A stretch of 64,000 nucleotides of DNA from Deltaproteobacteria bacterium (lineage in GTDB: Bacteria > Myxococcota_A > Polyangia > Polyangiales > Houyiibacteriaceae). Below the pieces are notes generated by a model. It searched no databases. It worked only from the letters and a program-made list of their open reading frames with translations, and was not told the DNA's origin. Location of the stretch: positions 32,001 to 96,000 of the forward strand of contig JAXMNT010000024.1 in NCBI GenBank assembly GCA_034670305.1. The letters are read 5' to 3'. Each line of letters starts with the position of its first letter. The first letter of the stretch is position 1. The position numbers and the translations under genes are program-made. Positions 9,753 through 19,360 of this stretch are shown here, in pieces.

Positions 9753-9787
9753 AGAGCCTCGGTCTTCGGACCGGGGCTCTTTTGTTT
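9753..9787 (+). terminator. Rho-independent terminator
   Basis: AGAGCCTCGGTC-TTCG-GACCGGGGCTCT hairpin followed by TTTGTTT. Confidence 0.85.
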
Positions 9788-9839
9788 CCGTCGCGGGAAG
9801 CGGACGGCGGGGAGCTCGCGGAGGCCGAGGCTTCCGTAC

Positions 9840-10234
9840 GCCGATGCCGATGCCGAAGCCGATGCCGAGGCCGAAGCCGAAGCCGACGCCGACGCCGAAG
9901 CCGAAGCCGACGCCGACGCCGAGGCCGAAGCCGATGCCGAAGCCGATACCGGTGCCGAGGCCGAAGCCGAAGCCGAGGCCGAAGCCGAAGCCGAAGCCGA
10001 CGCCGAAGCCGAGACCGAAGCCGAGGCCGAAGCCGATGCCGGTGCCGAAGCCGACGCCGAAGCCGATGCCGAAGCCGAGGCCGGTGCCGATGCCGAGGCC
10101 GAAGCCGAAGCCGAACCCGAATCCGAAGCCGAAGCGGAAGCGGAAGCGGAAGCGGAAGCGGAAGCGGAAGCACTGGCACGGGCACGGGCAGGGGCACGGG
10201 CACGGGCAAGGGCACGGGGCACGGGCACGGGCAC
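9840..10234. repeat. Intergenic hexamer array B: about 50 (GCCGAN) units, (GCGGAA)n, then (GGGCAC)n
   Basis: Directly visible; about 400 bp, the longest copy in the window. Confidence 0.92.
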
Positions 10235-10277
10235 CCGCACCCTCCGGCCGTTTGTTCGCCGACAACGTTGCTTTTGC

Positions 10278-10306
10278 TTGCGGGGGCGGGGGATGTCCCC
10301 TAAGAC
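10278..10306 (+). promoter_or_regulatory. Possible sigma70-type promoter for the small ORF-ppsR unit
   Basis: TTGCGG-N17-TAAGAC upstream of a GGAGA RBS. Confidence 0.4.
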
Positions 10307-10327
10307 GCGCGGTCTGGAGACTTACGG

Positions 10328-10459
10328 ATGTATCTTGCTATCTCGAAGAAGTCGCGGGTCAACAACCGCAAAAAGACCAACCGCCGCAACGCCAAGAACA
10401 AGGCGAAGCAGCGTCGCCGCCGCAATCGGGTCAAGAACCGCCCGATGGGTCGCAAGTAG
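10328..10459 (+). CDS. 43-aa highly basic small protein (ribosomal-protein-like composition)
   Basis: Manual translation [51 protein letters not shown]; mostly G/C-ending codons; stop 9 bp before the ppsR start. Below the ORF-track length cutoff. Confidence 0.7.
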   Translation: MYLAISKKSRVNNRKKTNRRNAKNKAKQRRRRNRVKNRPMGRK

Positions 10460-10468
10460 CACCTTCGC

Positions 10469-11305
10469 GTGAAGCCTCTCTTCGTCGTCAGCGATTCGAC
10501 GGGTGAGACTGCCGAGCGGGTGGTTCGCGCCTCCCTGCTGCAGTTTCCCGATCACCGCGTTCGGCTGAGGCTCTTCACGCGCATTCGTGACGAAGCCGCC
10601 ATTGGCGGGGTCATGGACAAAGCCGCAGAGGTCGGTGCGATGGTGGTGTTCACCCTCGTGCGGCCGGAACTGCGCGACTTCATGTTCGCGGCGGGCCGCG
10701 AGCGTGGGGTGGAGACGGTCGATGTGATCGGCTCGCTCATCCACAAGGTGGCGAGTTTTCTCGAAGCCGACCCGCTCAACATCCCCACCGCGCAGATGTC
10801 GCTCTCGGAGGAGTACTTCCGCCGGGTCGAGGCGATCGAGTTCGCGGTCAAGAGCGACGACGGCAAGGAGCCCCGCAACCTGCGCAAGGCCGACCTCGTC
10901 CTCACCGGCGTGAGCCGCACCAGCAAGACGCCGCTCTCGACGTACTTGGCAGGACGTGGGCTCAAGGTGGCCAACATGCCGCTGGTGATGGGCGTCGAGC
11001 CGCCCGAAGAGCTCTACCAGGTGCCCGGCCACAAGGTCATCGCGCTGACGATCGACATCGAGCTGCTCCTCGAGATCCGCAAGCAGCGTCTGTCCCAGCT
11101 CGGCATGCCCACCGACGCCAACTACGGCATGCGCGAGCACGTGCGCGCCGAGCTCGAGTTCGCCCACAACATCTTCAAGGCGAACCCCGAGTGGATCATC
11201 ATCAACGTGAGCAACCGGGCGATCGAAGAGACCGCGACCATCATCCTGGAGTCCTACAAGGACCGACAGGACGACGGCTCCTGGGCCCCGATCCCCGTCG
11301 TCTGA
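10469..11305 (+). CDS. ppsR: PEP synthase/pyruvate phosphate dikinase regulatory kinase-pyrophosphorylase (DUF299)
   Basis: [49 protein letters not shown]. Confidence 0.93.
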   Translation: MKPLFVVSDSTGETAERVVRASLLQFPDHRVRLRLFTRIRDEAAIGGVMDKAAEVGAMVVFTLVRPELRDFMFAAGRERGVETVDVIGSLIHKVASFLEADPLNIPTAQMSLSEEYFRRVEAIEFAVKSDDGKEPRNLRKADLVLTGVSRTSKTPLSTYLAGRGLKVANMPLVMGVEPPEELYQVPGHKVIALTIDIELLLEIRKQRLSQLGMPTDANYGMREHVRAELEFAHNIFKANPEWIIINVSNRAIEETATIILESYKDRQDDGSWAPIPVV

Positions 11306-11330
11306 CCGCGATCCCCATCGTCTGACGGCG

Positions 11331-11547
11331 CCGCTGACTGCGGCTGCCGCTGAGTCTGCCGCTGCCGCTGAGTCTGCCGCCGCTGAGTCTGCCGCTGCCG
11401 CTGCCGCTGAGTCTGCCGCAGAGTCTGCCGCTGCCGCTGAGTCTGCCGCTGCCGCTGAGTCTGGCGCCGCCGCTGAGTCTGCCCCTGCCCTGAGTCTGCC
11501 GCTGCCGCTGAGCCTGCCGCTGCCGCTGCCGCTGAGTCTGCCGCTGC
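11331..11547. repeat. Intergenic array H of (GCTGCC/GCTGAG/TCTGCC) units between convergent genes
   Basis: Repeated GCCGCTGAGTCTGCC-type units, directly visible. Confidence 0.88.
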
Positions 11548-12057
11548 CTACGTCTTCTTGACGTACGCGTCGCCGACGACCGTCACGAACTGCGACAAGA
11601 TCCCATCGGCGACCCGAAGCCGGCGACTCAGTTCGCGCGCCACGTTCATGATCAGCAGCGAGTACGACTTCAGATCGCGCCGGTAGAAGAGGCGTTCGAC
11701 GTGTTCGCTCGTGATCCGCACGAGGATGGTCGGCGCGACCGCCCGGACGGTGGCCGAGCGCGGCTGCACGTCGAGGATCGACATCTCGCCGAACCAATCG
11801 CCGGGTCCAAAGAGCGCCACTCGGAACTCGCCGCCGCGCGGTCCCTGTTTGACCACCTCGAGCTCGCCGCCGATGACGACGAACATCTCGCGGGAGGCGT
11901 CGCCTTCTTCGACGACCACGGAGCCGACTTCGGCGTGCATGGTCGGCAGTTCGCGGGAGAGCAGGGCGAGCGTCTGGTCGTCCAGGCCGCCAAACAGCCC
12001 GACGTCGCGGAGCATGTCCGCCGTGATTCGAGGTCCCGGGCGCTCGTCTTCGGTCAT
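11548..12057 (-). CDS. Stand-alone cyclic nucleotide-binding domain protein
   Basis: VVEEGD...MFVVIGGELEV...GPGDWFGEMSILDVQPRSATVRA; no C-terminal HTH. Confidence 0.9.
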   Translation of the reverse strand: MTEDERPGPRITADMLRDVGLFGGLDDQTLALLSRELPTMHAEVGSVVVEEGDASREMFVVIGGELEVVKQGPRGGEFRVALFGPGDWFGEMSILDVQPRSATVRAVAPTILVRITSEHVERLFYRRDLKSYSLLIMNVARELSRRLRVADGILSQFVTVVGDAYVKKT

Positions 12058-12121
12058 GCCAGCGGTGTAGCACAACGGCCGACCGCGGAGGAAGACCACG
12101 CGGCGAAGGGTGCCGTCCCCT

Positions 12122-12147
12122 CATAAGCACTTCGTGAAGTGCTTATG
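12122..12147. promoter_or_regulatory. Perfect 12-bp inverted repeat in a divergent intergenic region
   Basis: CATAAGCACTTC-GT-GAAGTGCTTATG. Confidence 0.55.
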
Positions 12148-12284
12148 CCGGGTGCGCTGGTTTTCTTGGTGTGGGGACGGGGGGTCTCTATCCTGGTCCC
12201 ATACTCTGCTCGTGGTGCGCGCCTGGTCGTGTGCGTCGAGGGGAGGGAAGGGTTCTTTCTGACGTGTCTTTCCGTGGCCAAGCC

Positions 12285-14609
12285 ATGGACCTCCCTCGGC
12301 CACTGGGGCCGTTCACCCTGCTGCGCCGTTTGGCGGTGGGCGGCATGGCGGAGGTGTACGTCGCGAAGACCAAGGGCATCGGCGGCTTCGAGAAGCTCGT
12401 CGCGATCAAGGTCATCCACCCGCGCTTCTCGGAGGACGACCATTTCGTTCAGATGCTGGTCGAAGAGGCCAAACTCTCGGTCCTGCTGACCCACGCGAAC
12501 ATCGCGCAGACCTTCGATCTCGGCTGCATCGACGGCACCTACTTCATCGTGATGGAGTTCATCGAAGGCGCGGATGCGTACAAGCTGCTCAAGCGCATCG
12601 ACGCGCGCCCCGCGCGCATCCCGCTCGATCTGTGCGCGTACGTCGTCTCCGAGGTCTGCCAGGGCCTCGACTACGCGCACCGCAAACGCGACATGAGCGG
12701 CGTGCCGCTCGACATCGTGCATCGGGACATCTCGCCTCAGAACATCCTGCTCAGCTTCGCGGGCGAGGTGAAGATCGTCGACTTCGGGATCGCCAAGGCC
12801 GCCATGCGAAGCGGCCAGACCGAGGTGGGGGTGATCAAGGGCAAGTACTACTACATGTCCCCGGAGCAGGCGTGGGCCGACCCCGTCGATCACAGCAGCG
12901 ACATCTTTTCGCTCGGCATCGTGCTGCACGAGCTGTTGACCGGGAAGATGTTGTACGACGAGGACAACCTGCCGCGACTGCTCGACCGCGTGCGCAAGGC
13001 CGACATCGAACCGCCGTCCCGGCAGCGGACCGACATCCCACCGGAGCTCGATGCGATCGTCATGAAGGCGCTCGCGAAGTACCCGAACGAACGCTTCGGG
13101 AGCGCGCACGACTTCGGTCAGGCCCTCACGCGGTTTCTCTACCAGTTCCGCCCCTCGTTCACGCCCGCGCGCCTCGCGGGCATGATGGGACAGCTCTTCC
13201 CCAGCGAGATCGCGTCGTCCACCGGCAGCGTGCATCTGCCGAGCGGGGAGCAGGTCCTCTCCAGCATCTCCGCCGATCCGGAGCCACCTCTGAAGACCGA
13301 GTCGGGGGCGAAGACCCTCGATCCGATGAAGCCGGAAGAGTTTCGTCCCGATCCGCAAAAGAGTGTGATCTTCGACCTCGGCGAGTTCGGCGACGAGACC
13401 ACCAGCCGCGAGGTGCCGGCGGGGCTTCTGCCGAAGAAGAAGACGAAGTCGGGGCGGCGTCCGATGCCTCCCGAGGTCGACGACGAGGGCGACGACGACG
13501 AGACCATCGTCGCCTCCGCGCGCTGGAAAGAAGCGGCGTTGGTCCCGACCGGCGGTGCGCCACCTCCCCGTCCACCCCCACCGGGCATCGGCGGCGTGCC
13601 GGACCTCAGTCCCGCCAAACCGGACGATGGCTGGGAGGACGCGACGGTCGTCGATGCCGACGGCGACATCCTCGCGCGCATGCGCGAGATGCTCGAGCGC
13701 AAGGTGGCGCGCGAACGAAAGTCTCCCTCCAGCGACAAGCCGCTTCCGAGCCCGCCGCTCTCCGCCCAGGAACGGGAAGCACGCGACCGAGGCCTGCCGC
13801 CGCCGCCGCACCCGCCAGCTGCGCCGCCGCCACCGCCGCCCCGCGCGCTCGCCGAGGTGCCCGGCACGCTGCCCTTGATGGACGGCGCCACCGCCGAGCT
13901 CCAGCCTTCGTGGCCCCCGGCGATCGCGAGCCACGCGCCGGGCATTCCGGATCTCTCGACCGGCACGTGGGAACCGGGGTCGGAGCCGGGCGCACCGGGC
14001 ATGGGCGGGCCGGGCGTGCCGCCTGCGTTCAGTGCGCCCGCAGCGCTCGCCGACACCTACGAGATGAAAGCCATCCCGGCTGCGAAGGGGTCCAAGGTCT
14101 TCTGGATCTTCGCGACGGTTCTGTCTTTGGCGATCGTGGTGGGGGCCGCGGCGGGTTACTACGTCCGTTCGAACGCGGTGCCGCCGTTGACGCTCACCAT
14201 CTCTTCGAGGCCTTCGGGCGCCTCGCTCGAACTGAACGGGCGACCGCTCGATTCGGTCACGCCGACCAGGCTCGGGGACGTGGAGGCCGGCACGTACGAA
14301 GTGCGGGCGTTCCTCGAGGGCTACGAATCCGAGACACGCACGGTGGCGGTGACGACCGGCCCGGTCGAAGTCGTGCTCGGACTGACGCCGCAGCGGCGGG
14401 ACCTCATCCTCGACTCGCAGCCGAGTGGGCTCGAGGTCTCGGTGGATGGCGTCTCGAGAGGGCGGACACCGACCCGACTGGCTGGGCTCCCGCTCGGCCG
14501 CGCGATCCACGTCGAGGTCCGCCTCGACCGCACGCGGGTGGTGGCGCGGGACATCGACGTCACCGAAGACCTCCCCGAGACCCTGACCCTCTCGGAACTC
14601 TCGAACTAG
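12285..14609 (+). CDS. Transmembrane Ser/Thr protein kinase with C-terminal PEGA domains
   Basis: GGMAEVY, VAIK, HRDISPQN, DFG, KGKYYYMSPEQ; Pro-rich linker; TM; SRPSGASLELNG and SQPSGLEVSVDG (PEGA-like). Confidence 0.92.
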   Translation: MDLPRPLGPFTLLRRLAVGGMAEVYVAKTKGIGGFEKLVAIKVIHPRFSEDDHFVQMLVEEAKLSVLLTHANIAQTFDLGCIDGTYFIVMEFIEGADAYKLLKRIDARPARIPLDLCAYVVSEVCQGLDYAHRKRDMSGVPLDIVHRDISPQNILLSFAGEVKIVDFGIAKAAMRSGQTEVGVIKGKYYYMSPEQAWADPVDHSSDIFSLGIVLHELLTGKMLYDEDNLPRLLDRVRKADIEPPSRQRTDIPPELDAIVMKALAKYPNERFGSAHDFGQALTRFLYQFRPSFTPARLAGMMGQLFPSEIASSTGSVHLPSGEQVLSSISADPEPPLKTESGAKTLDPMKPEEFRPDPQKSVIFDLGEFGDETTSREVPAGLLPKKKTKSGRRPMPPEVDDEGDDDETIVASARWKEAALVPTGGAPPPRPPPPGIGGVPDLSPAKPDDGWEDATVVDADGDILARMREMLERKVARERKSPSSDKPLPSPPLSAQEREARDRGLPPPPHPPAAPPPPPPRALAEVPGTLPLMDGATAELQPSWPPAIASHAPGIPDLSTGTWEPGSEPGAPGMGGPGVPPAFSAPAALADTYEMKAIPAAKGSKVFWIFATVLSLAIVVGAAAGYYVRSNAVPPLTLTISSRPSGASLELNGRPLDSVTPTRLGDVEAGTYEVRAFLEGYESETRTVAVTTGPVEVVLGLTPQRRDLILDSQPSGLEVSVDGVSRGRTPTRLAGLPLGRAIHVEVRLDRTRVVARDIDVTEDLPETLTLSELSN

Positions 14610-14616
14610 ATCGCAG

Positions 14617-15450
14617 TCAGTCGAGCACGCGGTTGTCGATGAGGCGCGTGGTTCCGATGTGGGCGGCGACCAGCACCACGCAGCCGGGGCCGTCGCCGTA
14701 GGGCTGGAGCGTTTGCGGATCCACGGCTTCGACGTAGTCCACCCGGTCGGCTGCGGCTTCGATGGGTTCGAGCGCCGCGCGTTGCAGCGCGTTCCGGTCG
14801 CGGATGCCTTCGACCCACAACGACTCGGCCGCGGCCAGACCTCGTGAGAGGGAGAGGGCGCGTGCGCGTTCGTCGGGCGAGAGGTAGCGGTTGCGCGACG
14901 AGAGCGCGAGGCCGTCGTCTTCCCGGACGATTGGACAGCCGACGATCTCGATGGGCAGGTTCAGGTCGCGGGCCATGCGCGTCACGATCTGGAGCTGCTG
15001 GTAGTCCTTCTGTCCGAAATACGCGGTGCTCTTGCCCACCATGCCGAAGAGTTTGGCGACGATGGTGGTCATGCCGTCGAAGTGGCCGGGGCGGTGCACG
15101 CCTTCCAGTCGGTCGGTCAGCCCGCCCACCCGGACCTGGCTCGAGAAACCGTCCGGGAACACCGCGTCGTGCGCGGGGGCGAAGAGCACGTCGACGCCGT
15201 GGGAGGCGCAGACCGCGCGGTCTGCGTCGAGCGTGCGCGGGTAGCGGTCGAGATCTTCTCCTTCGCCGAACTGGAGCGGGTTGACGAAGACACTGACCAC
15301 GCAGAACGAGTCCGGCGCGGCCGCATCCATCAACGACGCGTGGCCGGCGTGAAGCGCGCCCATCGTCGGGACGAGCGACACCGTCCGCCCCTCTCGGCGC
15401 GCGCCCTCGCACAGGTCCCAGAGGACCGACAACTCCGCGACGTCACGCAC
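14617..15450 (-). CDS. panC: Pantoate-beta-alanine ligase
   Basis: VPTMGALHAGH, SVFVNPLQF, RPGHFDG, FGQKDYQQ, GLALSSRN, RLIDN; start approximate. Confidence 0.95.
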   Translation of the reverse strand: MRDVAELSVLWDLCEGARREGRTVSLVPTMGALHAGHASLMDAAAPDSFCVVSVFVNPLQFGEGEDLDRYPRTLDADRAVCASHGVDVLFAPAHDAVFPDGFSSQVRVGGLTDRLEGVHRPGHFDGMTTIVAKLFGMVGKSTAYFGQKDYQQLQIVTRMARDLNLPIEIVGCPIVREDDGLALSSRNRYLSPDERARALSLSRGLAAAESLWVEGIRDRNALQRAALEPIEAAADRVDYVEAVDPQTLQPYGDGPGCVVLVAAHIGTTRLIDNRVLD

Positions 15451-15460
15451 GGCGACGACG

Positions 15461-16372
15461 TCAGGCTTGGGGGCCGTAGCCGTGTGCGGGAAGCGGCGGC
15501 TCGTTGTTCTCGGAGCGGGGTGCTTCGCCTTCACGGACCAATCCAAAACTGTGCGCTTCGGTGGGGAACACGCCGGCGCGCACTTCTTCGATGTACTGCG
15601 CGGTCGCCTCTTTGCCCTGCTCGAAGAACTCCGCGTAGCGTTTGACGAACTTCGGTCGCAGGTCCGGGGTGAGGCCGAGCAGATCGTAACAGACGAGCAC
15701 CTGGCCATCGCAGTGCGGGCCGGCGCCGATGCCGATGGTCGGGATCGAGAGCAGCTTGGTGATGCGTTCGGCCAGATCGGTCGGCACCCCTTCGAGCACC
15801 AACGCGAAGGCACCGGCGTCTGCCACAGCAAGCGCGTCGTCGATGACGCGTTCGGCGGCTTCTTCGGTCTTGCCCTGCACCCGGAACCCGCCCATCGCGT
15901 GGACCGACTGCGGCGTGAGCCCGACGTGCGCCATCACCGGGATGCCCGCGTCGACGATGCGCCGAATGGTCGGCGCGGCGCTGCGGCCGCCTTCGAGTTT
16001 CACCGAGTGGGCGCCGCCTTCGGAGAGAAAGCGGCCGGCGTTGCGGAGCGCGTCGCTTTCCGAGACCTGGTGGCTCAGAAAGGGCATGTCGCCGACGATG
16101 TGGGCGCGTCCCCGACCGCTGCGGATGCCACGCGCCACGGCGCGGCAGTGGTAGATGACCTCGTCGACGGTGACGCCGAGGGTGCTGTCTTGCCCCTGCA
16201 CCACCATGCCGAGCGAGTCGCCCACGAGCAGGATGTCGACTCCCGCGTCGTCGAACATGCGCGCGAAGGTCGCGTCGTACGCGGTCACCATCGTGAGGCG
16301 TTCGTGCTTCTGCTTCATGCGCAGAATGCGCGGAACGGTGACGGGCCGGCTGGAAGCCAGTTCGCGGGTCAT
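15461..16372 (-). CDS. panB: 3-methyl-2-oxobutanoate hydroxymethyltransferase
   Basis: [46 protein letters not shown]. Confidence 0.96.
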   Translation of the reverse strand: MTRELASSRPVTVPRILRMKQKHERLTMVTAYDATFARMFDDAGVDILLVGDSLGMVVQGQDSTLGVTVDEVIYHCRAVARGIRSGRGRAHIVGDMPFLSHQVSESDALRNAGRFLSEGGAHSVKLEGGRSAAPTIRRIVDAGIPVMAHVGLTPQSVHAMGGFRVQGKTEEAAERVIDDALAVADAGAFALVLEGVPTDLAERITKLLSIPTIGIGAGPHCDGQVLVCYDLLGLTPDLRPKFVKRYAEFFEQGKEATAQYIEEVRAGVFPTEAHSFGLVREGEAPRSENNEPPLPAHGYGPQA

Positions 16373-16479
16373 GGAGTGCTTTCCATCTTCGTGGTCGCGG
16401 CCCAGCAGATTCCGGGTCCACGCCGTCGGACGTGCCCTCACTCTAACCAGGCCCACAGAACACGCCAAGGAGAATTCGG

Positions 16480-16884
16480 CTACTCCGCCTCCGGCCGGAT
16501 CTTCCAAAGCCCCGCCCACGCGATCGGCCCCGCCATCGCCATCACCCCCCACCGAACGAGCAACACAGTACGCGCATCGCCGACGTCGTCGGTGCCCATC
16601 GAGGCGAGCGCGACCGCCACCTGTCCTTCCAGCAACGTCTCCAAGAACCCGAGCGTCAGCCACAGGGTGGCGCCCACGAATCCGAGGGCAGCGCTCGAGA
16701 CCGCCCACACGGTCAGGCGCACCTCGGACCCGTCCGCGCCTTGTCGCATCGCTACCAAGAGCACACCCACGAACGCCACCGGTGCCAGCGCGACCCCCCA
16801 CGAGAGAAGGAACGGGCCGAGGGTGATGCCGGCGGCCACCCCCACGCTCAGGCTGAGTGGGACGACGAGCGGAGCAAGTCTCAT
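16480..16884 (-). CDS. Hypothetical membrane protein
   Basis: Several hydrophobic segments; co-oriented with its neighbours. Confidence 0.55.
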   Translation of the reverse strand: MRLAPLVVPLSLSVGVAAGITLGPFLLSWGVALAPVAFVGVLLVAMRQGADGSEVRLTVWAVSSAALGFVGATLWLTLGFLETLLEGQVAVALASMGTDDVGDARTVLLVRWGVMAMAGPIAWAGLWKIRPEAE

Positions 16885-16899
16885 CGGGCTACTGGCCGC

Positions 16900-18174
16900 T
16901 CACGCGTCGGCGAGTTTGGCGAGCCGGCCTTCGATGGCGATTCGAAGATCCGAATCGTCGTCCTCGGGCAACAGCGCCAGGGCGCGCTTCAACATGCGCT
17001 TCGCTTCGTCGTCGAGGTTCAGCTCCATGAGGAGGCGGCCCGCTTCCGCGTGGTACTGCGCGTGGTTCGCGCGGTCCGAGCCACGGGTGAGCGCGGCAAA
17101 AAGATCCGCCGCGCGGTCCGGGGCGCCGACCTTCTCGTGGAGCGCGGCGAGTGGCAGCACGGTGCTGGGCGGAAAATCGAGCACCTTGCGTTCGGTCATG
17201 AACGACACCACCCGCTCGAGTTGCCCAATCGCTTCTTCGTCGCGTTCCACCGCCGCGTACGCGAGGCCGAGCTCTTGCAACATCCACCAGTCCGGTCGGA
17301 TGTCGTCCATGAAAAGCGAACCGGCTTCGAGCACTTCCACCGCTTCTTCGGCCATCTCGTGTTCGAGCAAGAACCGCCCCATCGCCAGGTAGGGGCGGTG
17401 GTCGTCGTCGAACGTCTCGACCGCTTCTTCGAAGAAGCCCATCGCCTCTTCGAACTCACCGTCCGCATCCGCGATGCGCGCGAGCTCGATGTACGCGCCG
17501 AGCAACGGCTCGCCGACCTCGTCGTCTTCGAGCTGATCGATGAACTCGATCAGCGCGTCGCGTCCGCCTTCGTTGTCTTCGGTCAGGAGACGCACGCGGC
17601 CGATTTCGAGCCAGAGGTACTTCGGCGGCGTCTCTTCGTCTTCGAGGGCTTCGGCGAGGATGGCTTCGAGCAAGGGTTTGGCGGCTTCGGAGTCGCCTTT
17701 GTGCACCAAGAGGATCGCGTCGGAGAACGCGTCGCCGTAGCCTTCGTACTCATCGGCTTGGTCAGGCTCCCAGCTGCCGGACACCGCGAGCAGGATCTCC
17801 TCGTCGGTCACCTCGGCGTCGGCCGCCGCTTCGACGGCTTCTTCGCGCTCGAGTTCGTCCAGGATGCTCTGCGCTTCCGCCCGCACCTTCGCGCTCGCGA
17901 CCACCGTCAGCGCCCCCGCGAGTTCTTCGCGGGCCATCTCCTCGTCGTCCTGGTCCAGAAGCCGCTCGGCTTCGGCGATGCGACTGAGTGCGATCTCGTC
18001 GCAGGCGGCGTCGATGCGCTCGGCGATGGTGGCCTTCTCGGATTCTTCCGCCCGATCGAGCGCGCGTTCGAAGGCGAGCTTGGCCTCTCCGAACCGGCGC
18101 TGCTCGAAGAGCGACTCGCCTTCGCGAAGCGGACCATCGCTCTTGCCGCCGAACAGCTTGCCGAACAATCCCAT
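16900..18174 (-). CDS. Tetratricopeptide repeat protein
   Basis: Start MGLFGKLFGG overlaps the upstream TAA; repeated helical TPR-like units (e.g. YLAMGRFLLEHEMAEEAVEVLE). Confidence 0.8.
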   Translation of the reverse strand: MGLFGKLFGGKSDGPLREGESLFEQRRFGEAKLAFERALDRAEESEKATIAERIDAACDEIALSRIAEAERLLDQDDEEMAREELAGALTVVASAKVRAEAQSILDELEREEAVEAAADAEVTDEEILLAVSGSWEPDQADEYEGYGDAFSDAILLVHKGDSEAAKPLLEAILAEALEDEETPPKYLWLEIGRVRLLTEDNEGGRDALIEFIDQLEDDEVGEPLLGAYIELARIADADGEFEEAMGFFEEAVETFDDDHRPYLAMGRFLLEHEMAEEAVEVLEAGSLFMDDIRPDWWMLQELGLAYAAVERDEEAIGQLERVVSFMTERKVLDFPPSTVLPLAALHEKVGAPDRAADLFAALTRGSDRANHAQYHAEAGRLLMELNLDDEAKRMLKRALALLPEDDDSDLRIAIEGRLAKLADA

Positions 18175-19295
18175 TACTTCTTGTCCTTCTTGTCGAGACG
18201 CTGCTTGGCGGCGGCCCGCACGGGACCGGCGACCCCGCGGCCCTTGGTGAGCAGCTTCAGATCGGCGGGGCGCATGTGGGAGATGAACTTCAGCGACAGA
18301 CCCACGGGGGTCTTCGGGTTGAAGACCAGCGCGCGCTTGATGCCGTAGGTGCGGATCCACTCTTTGCGCTGCCCGATCGCACGCAGGATGGAGATGCTGA
18401 TCTCTTTGCTGTGGGCGATCGCGGCGGCTTCCGCGGCGGTCATGGTCGGGCTCGTGATCGCGGCGTTGGAGACCATCTTGTTGGGATCCCGCACGAGCAG
18501 CGAGCGGGCCGCGGCGTCGCCCACCATGGCGAGGCGAAGTTTGTCCGAGAGGCTCATGTCCCGGATCCGGAAGCTGAGCGGCTTGAACTTGTCCTTGAGT
18601 TCCTCGTTGCCGTCGACGGGGTCTACGTCGATGGCGGCTTCGTCGAGTTCCTCCGCGAGGACCTCCGAGAAGGCGAGGTCGCTCGGAAGCGGCTCGTCGG
18701 TCGGCTCGGGGATGAGCTGTCCCTGAATCGCTTCCACGTGTGCGTGGAACGAGGGGATGCCGTGCAGCTCCACGCCGTGTCGTGCACACAGCTCGATCAG
18801 CCGATCGGCGGTCGACATCCGGGTGTGTTTGTTCTTGTAGAGCGCTTCCACGATCAACGGCGCGCCGATGAGCCGCTGCTGGTTGACCGCGATGAGTTCA
18901 CTCATGCGTTCGCTGCAGACGCGCGCGATGCGGGCCAGGGTGCTGTTCGCGGTGTTCGGGTTCTGGATGAGCCGTTCGAGGACGGTGTCTTTGGCGCGGA
19001 ACGTGTCCGCGAGCGCGTCGATCACCGCGGTGTGCAGGTCGTTCGCCTCGCACGCGGGCAAGAGCACCGCGTCGGGCAGCCCAGCCAAGCTCTCCGTCGC
19101 GGCCCGACCGACCATGTCGTCGTCGTCCGCGCTGAGCTGACAGAGCACCGTCACGAGGGCCGCGCCCTTGACCGGGACCAAACCCTTGGCCGCCATCATC
19201 TTGGCAGGCGTCGGCGCGTTCGGATCTGCGAACCGCCGGATGCTCTCGGGCAGGTCTTCCTTGGCGAGGGGGAGCGGTGGCGCGTTCTCGATCAT
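18174..19295 (-). CDS. Conserved helical-repeat hypothetical protein
   Basis: MIENAPPL...KMMAAKGLVP...LIQNPNT...KLRLAMVGDAAARSLLVRDPNKMV...LVFNPKTP; strong GC3 bias. Confidence 0.75.
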   Translation of the reverse strand: MIENAPPLPLAKEDLPESIRRFADPNAPTPAKMMAAKGLVPVKGAALVTVLCQLSADDDDMVGRAATESLAGLPDAVLLPACEANDLHTAVIDALADTFRAKDTVLERLIQNPNTANSTLARIARVCSERMSELIAVNQQRLIGAPLIVEALYKNKHTRMSTADRLIELCARHGVELHGIPSFHAHVEAIQGQLIPEPTDEPLPSDLAFSEVLAEELDEAAIDVDPVDGNEELKDKFKPLSFRIRDMSLSDKLRLAMVGDAAARSLLVRDPNKMVSNAAITSPTMTAAEAAAIAHSKEISISILRAIGQRKEWIRTYGIKRALVFNPKTPVGLSLKFISHMRPADLKLLTKGRGVAGPVRAAAKQRLDKKDKK

Positions 19296-19360
19296 GCGTC
19301 CATGGGCATATCGACCCGCTCCAGGCAGGTCAACGCTTACCGTTCCGGACTGGCGGCCTA

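Noticed and set aside
9465-10506. ORF-track entries through array B (poly-PK, poly-RS, poly-GF, poly-AE)
   Set aside because: Open only because the repeat lacks stops; no credible RBS or start, and several overlap a terminator or real genes.
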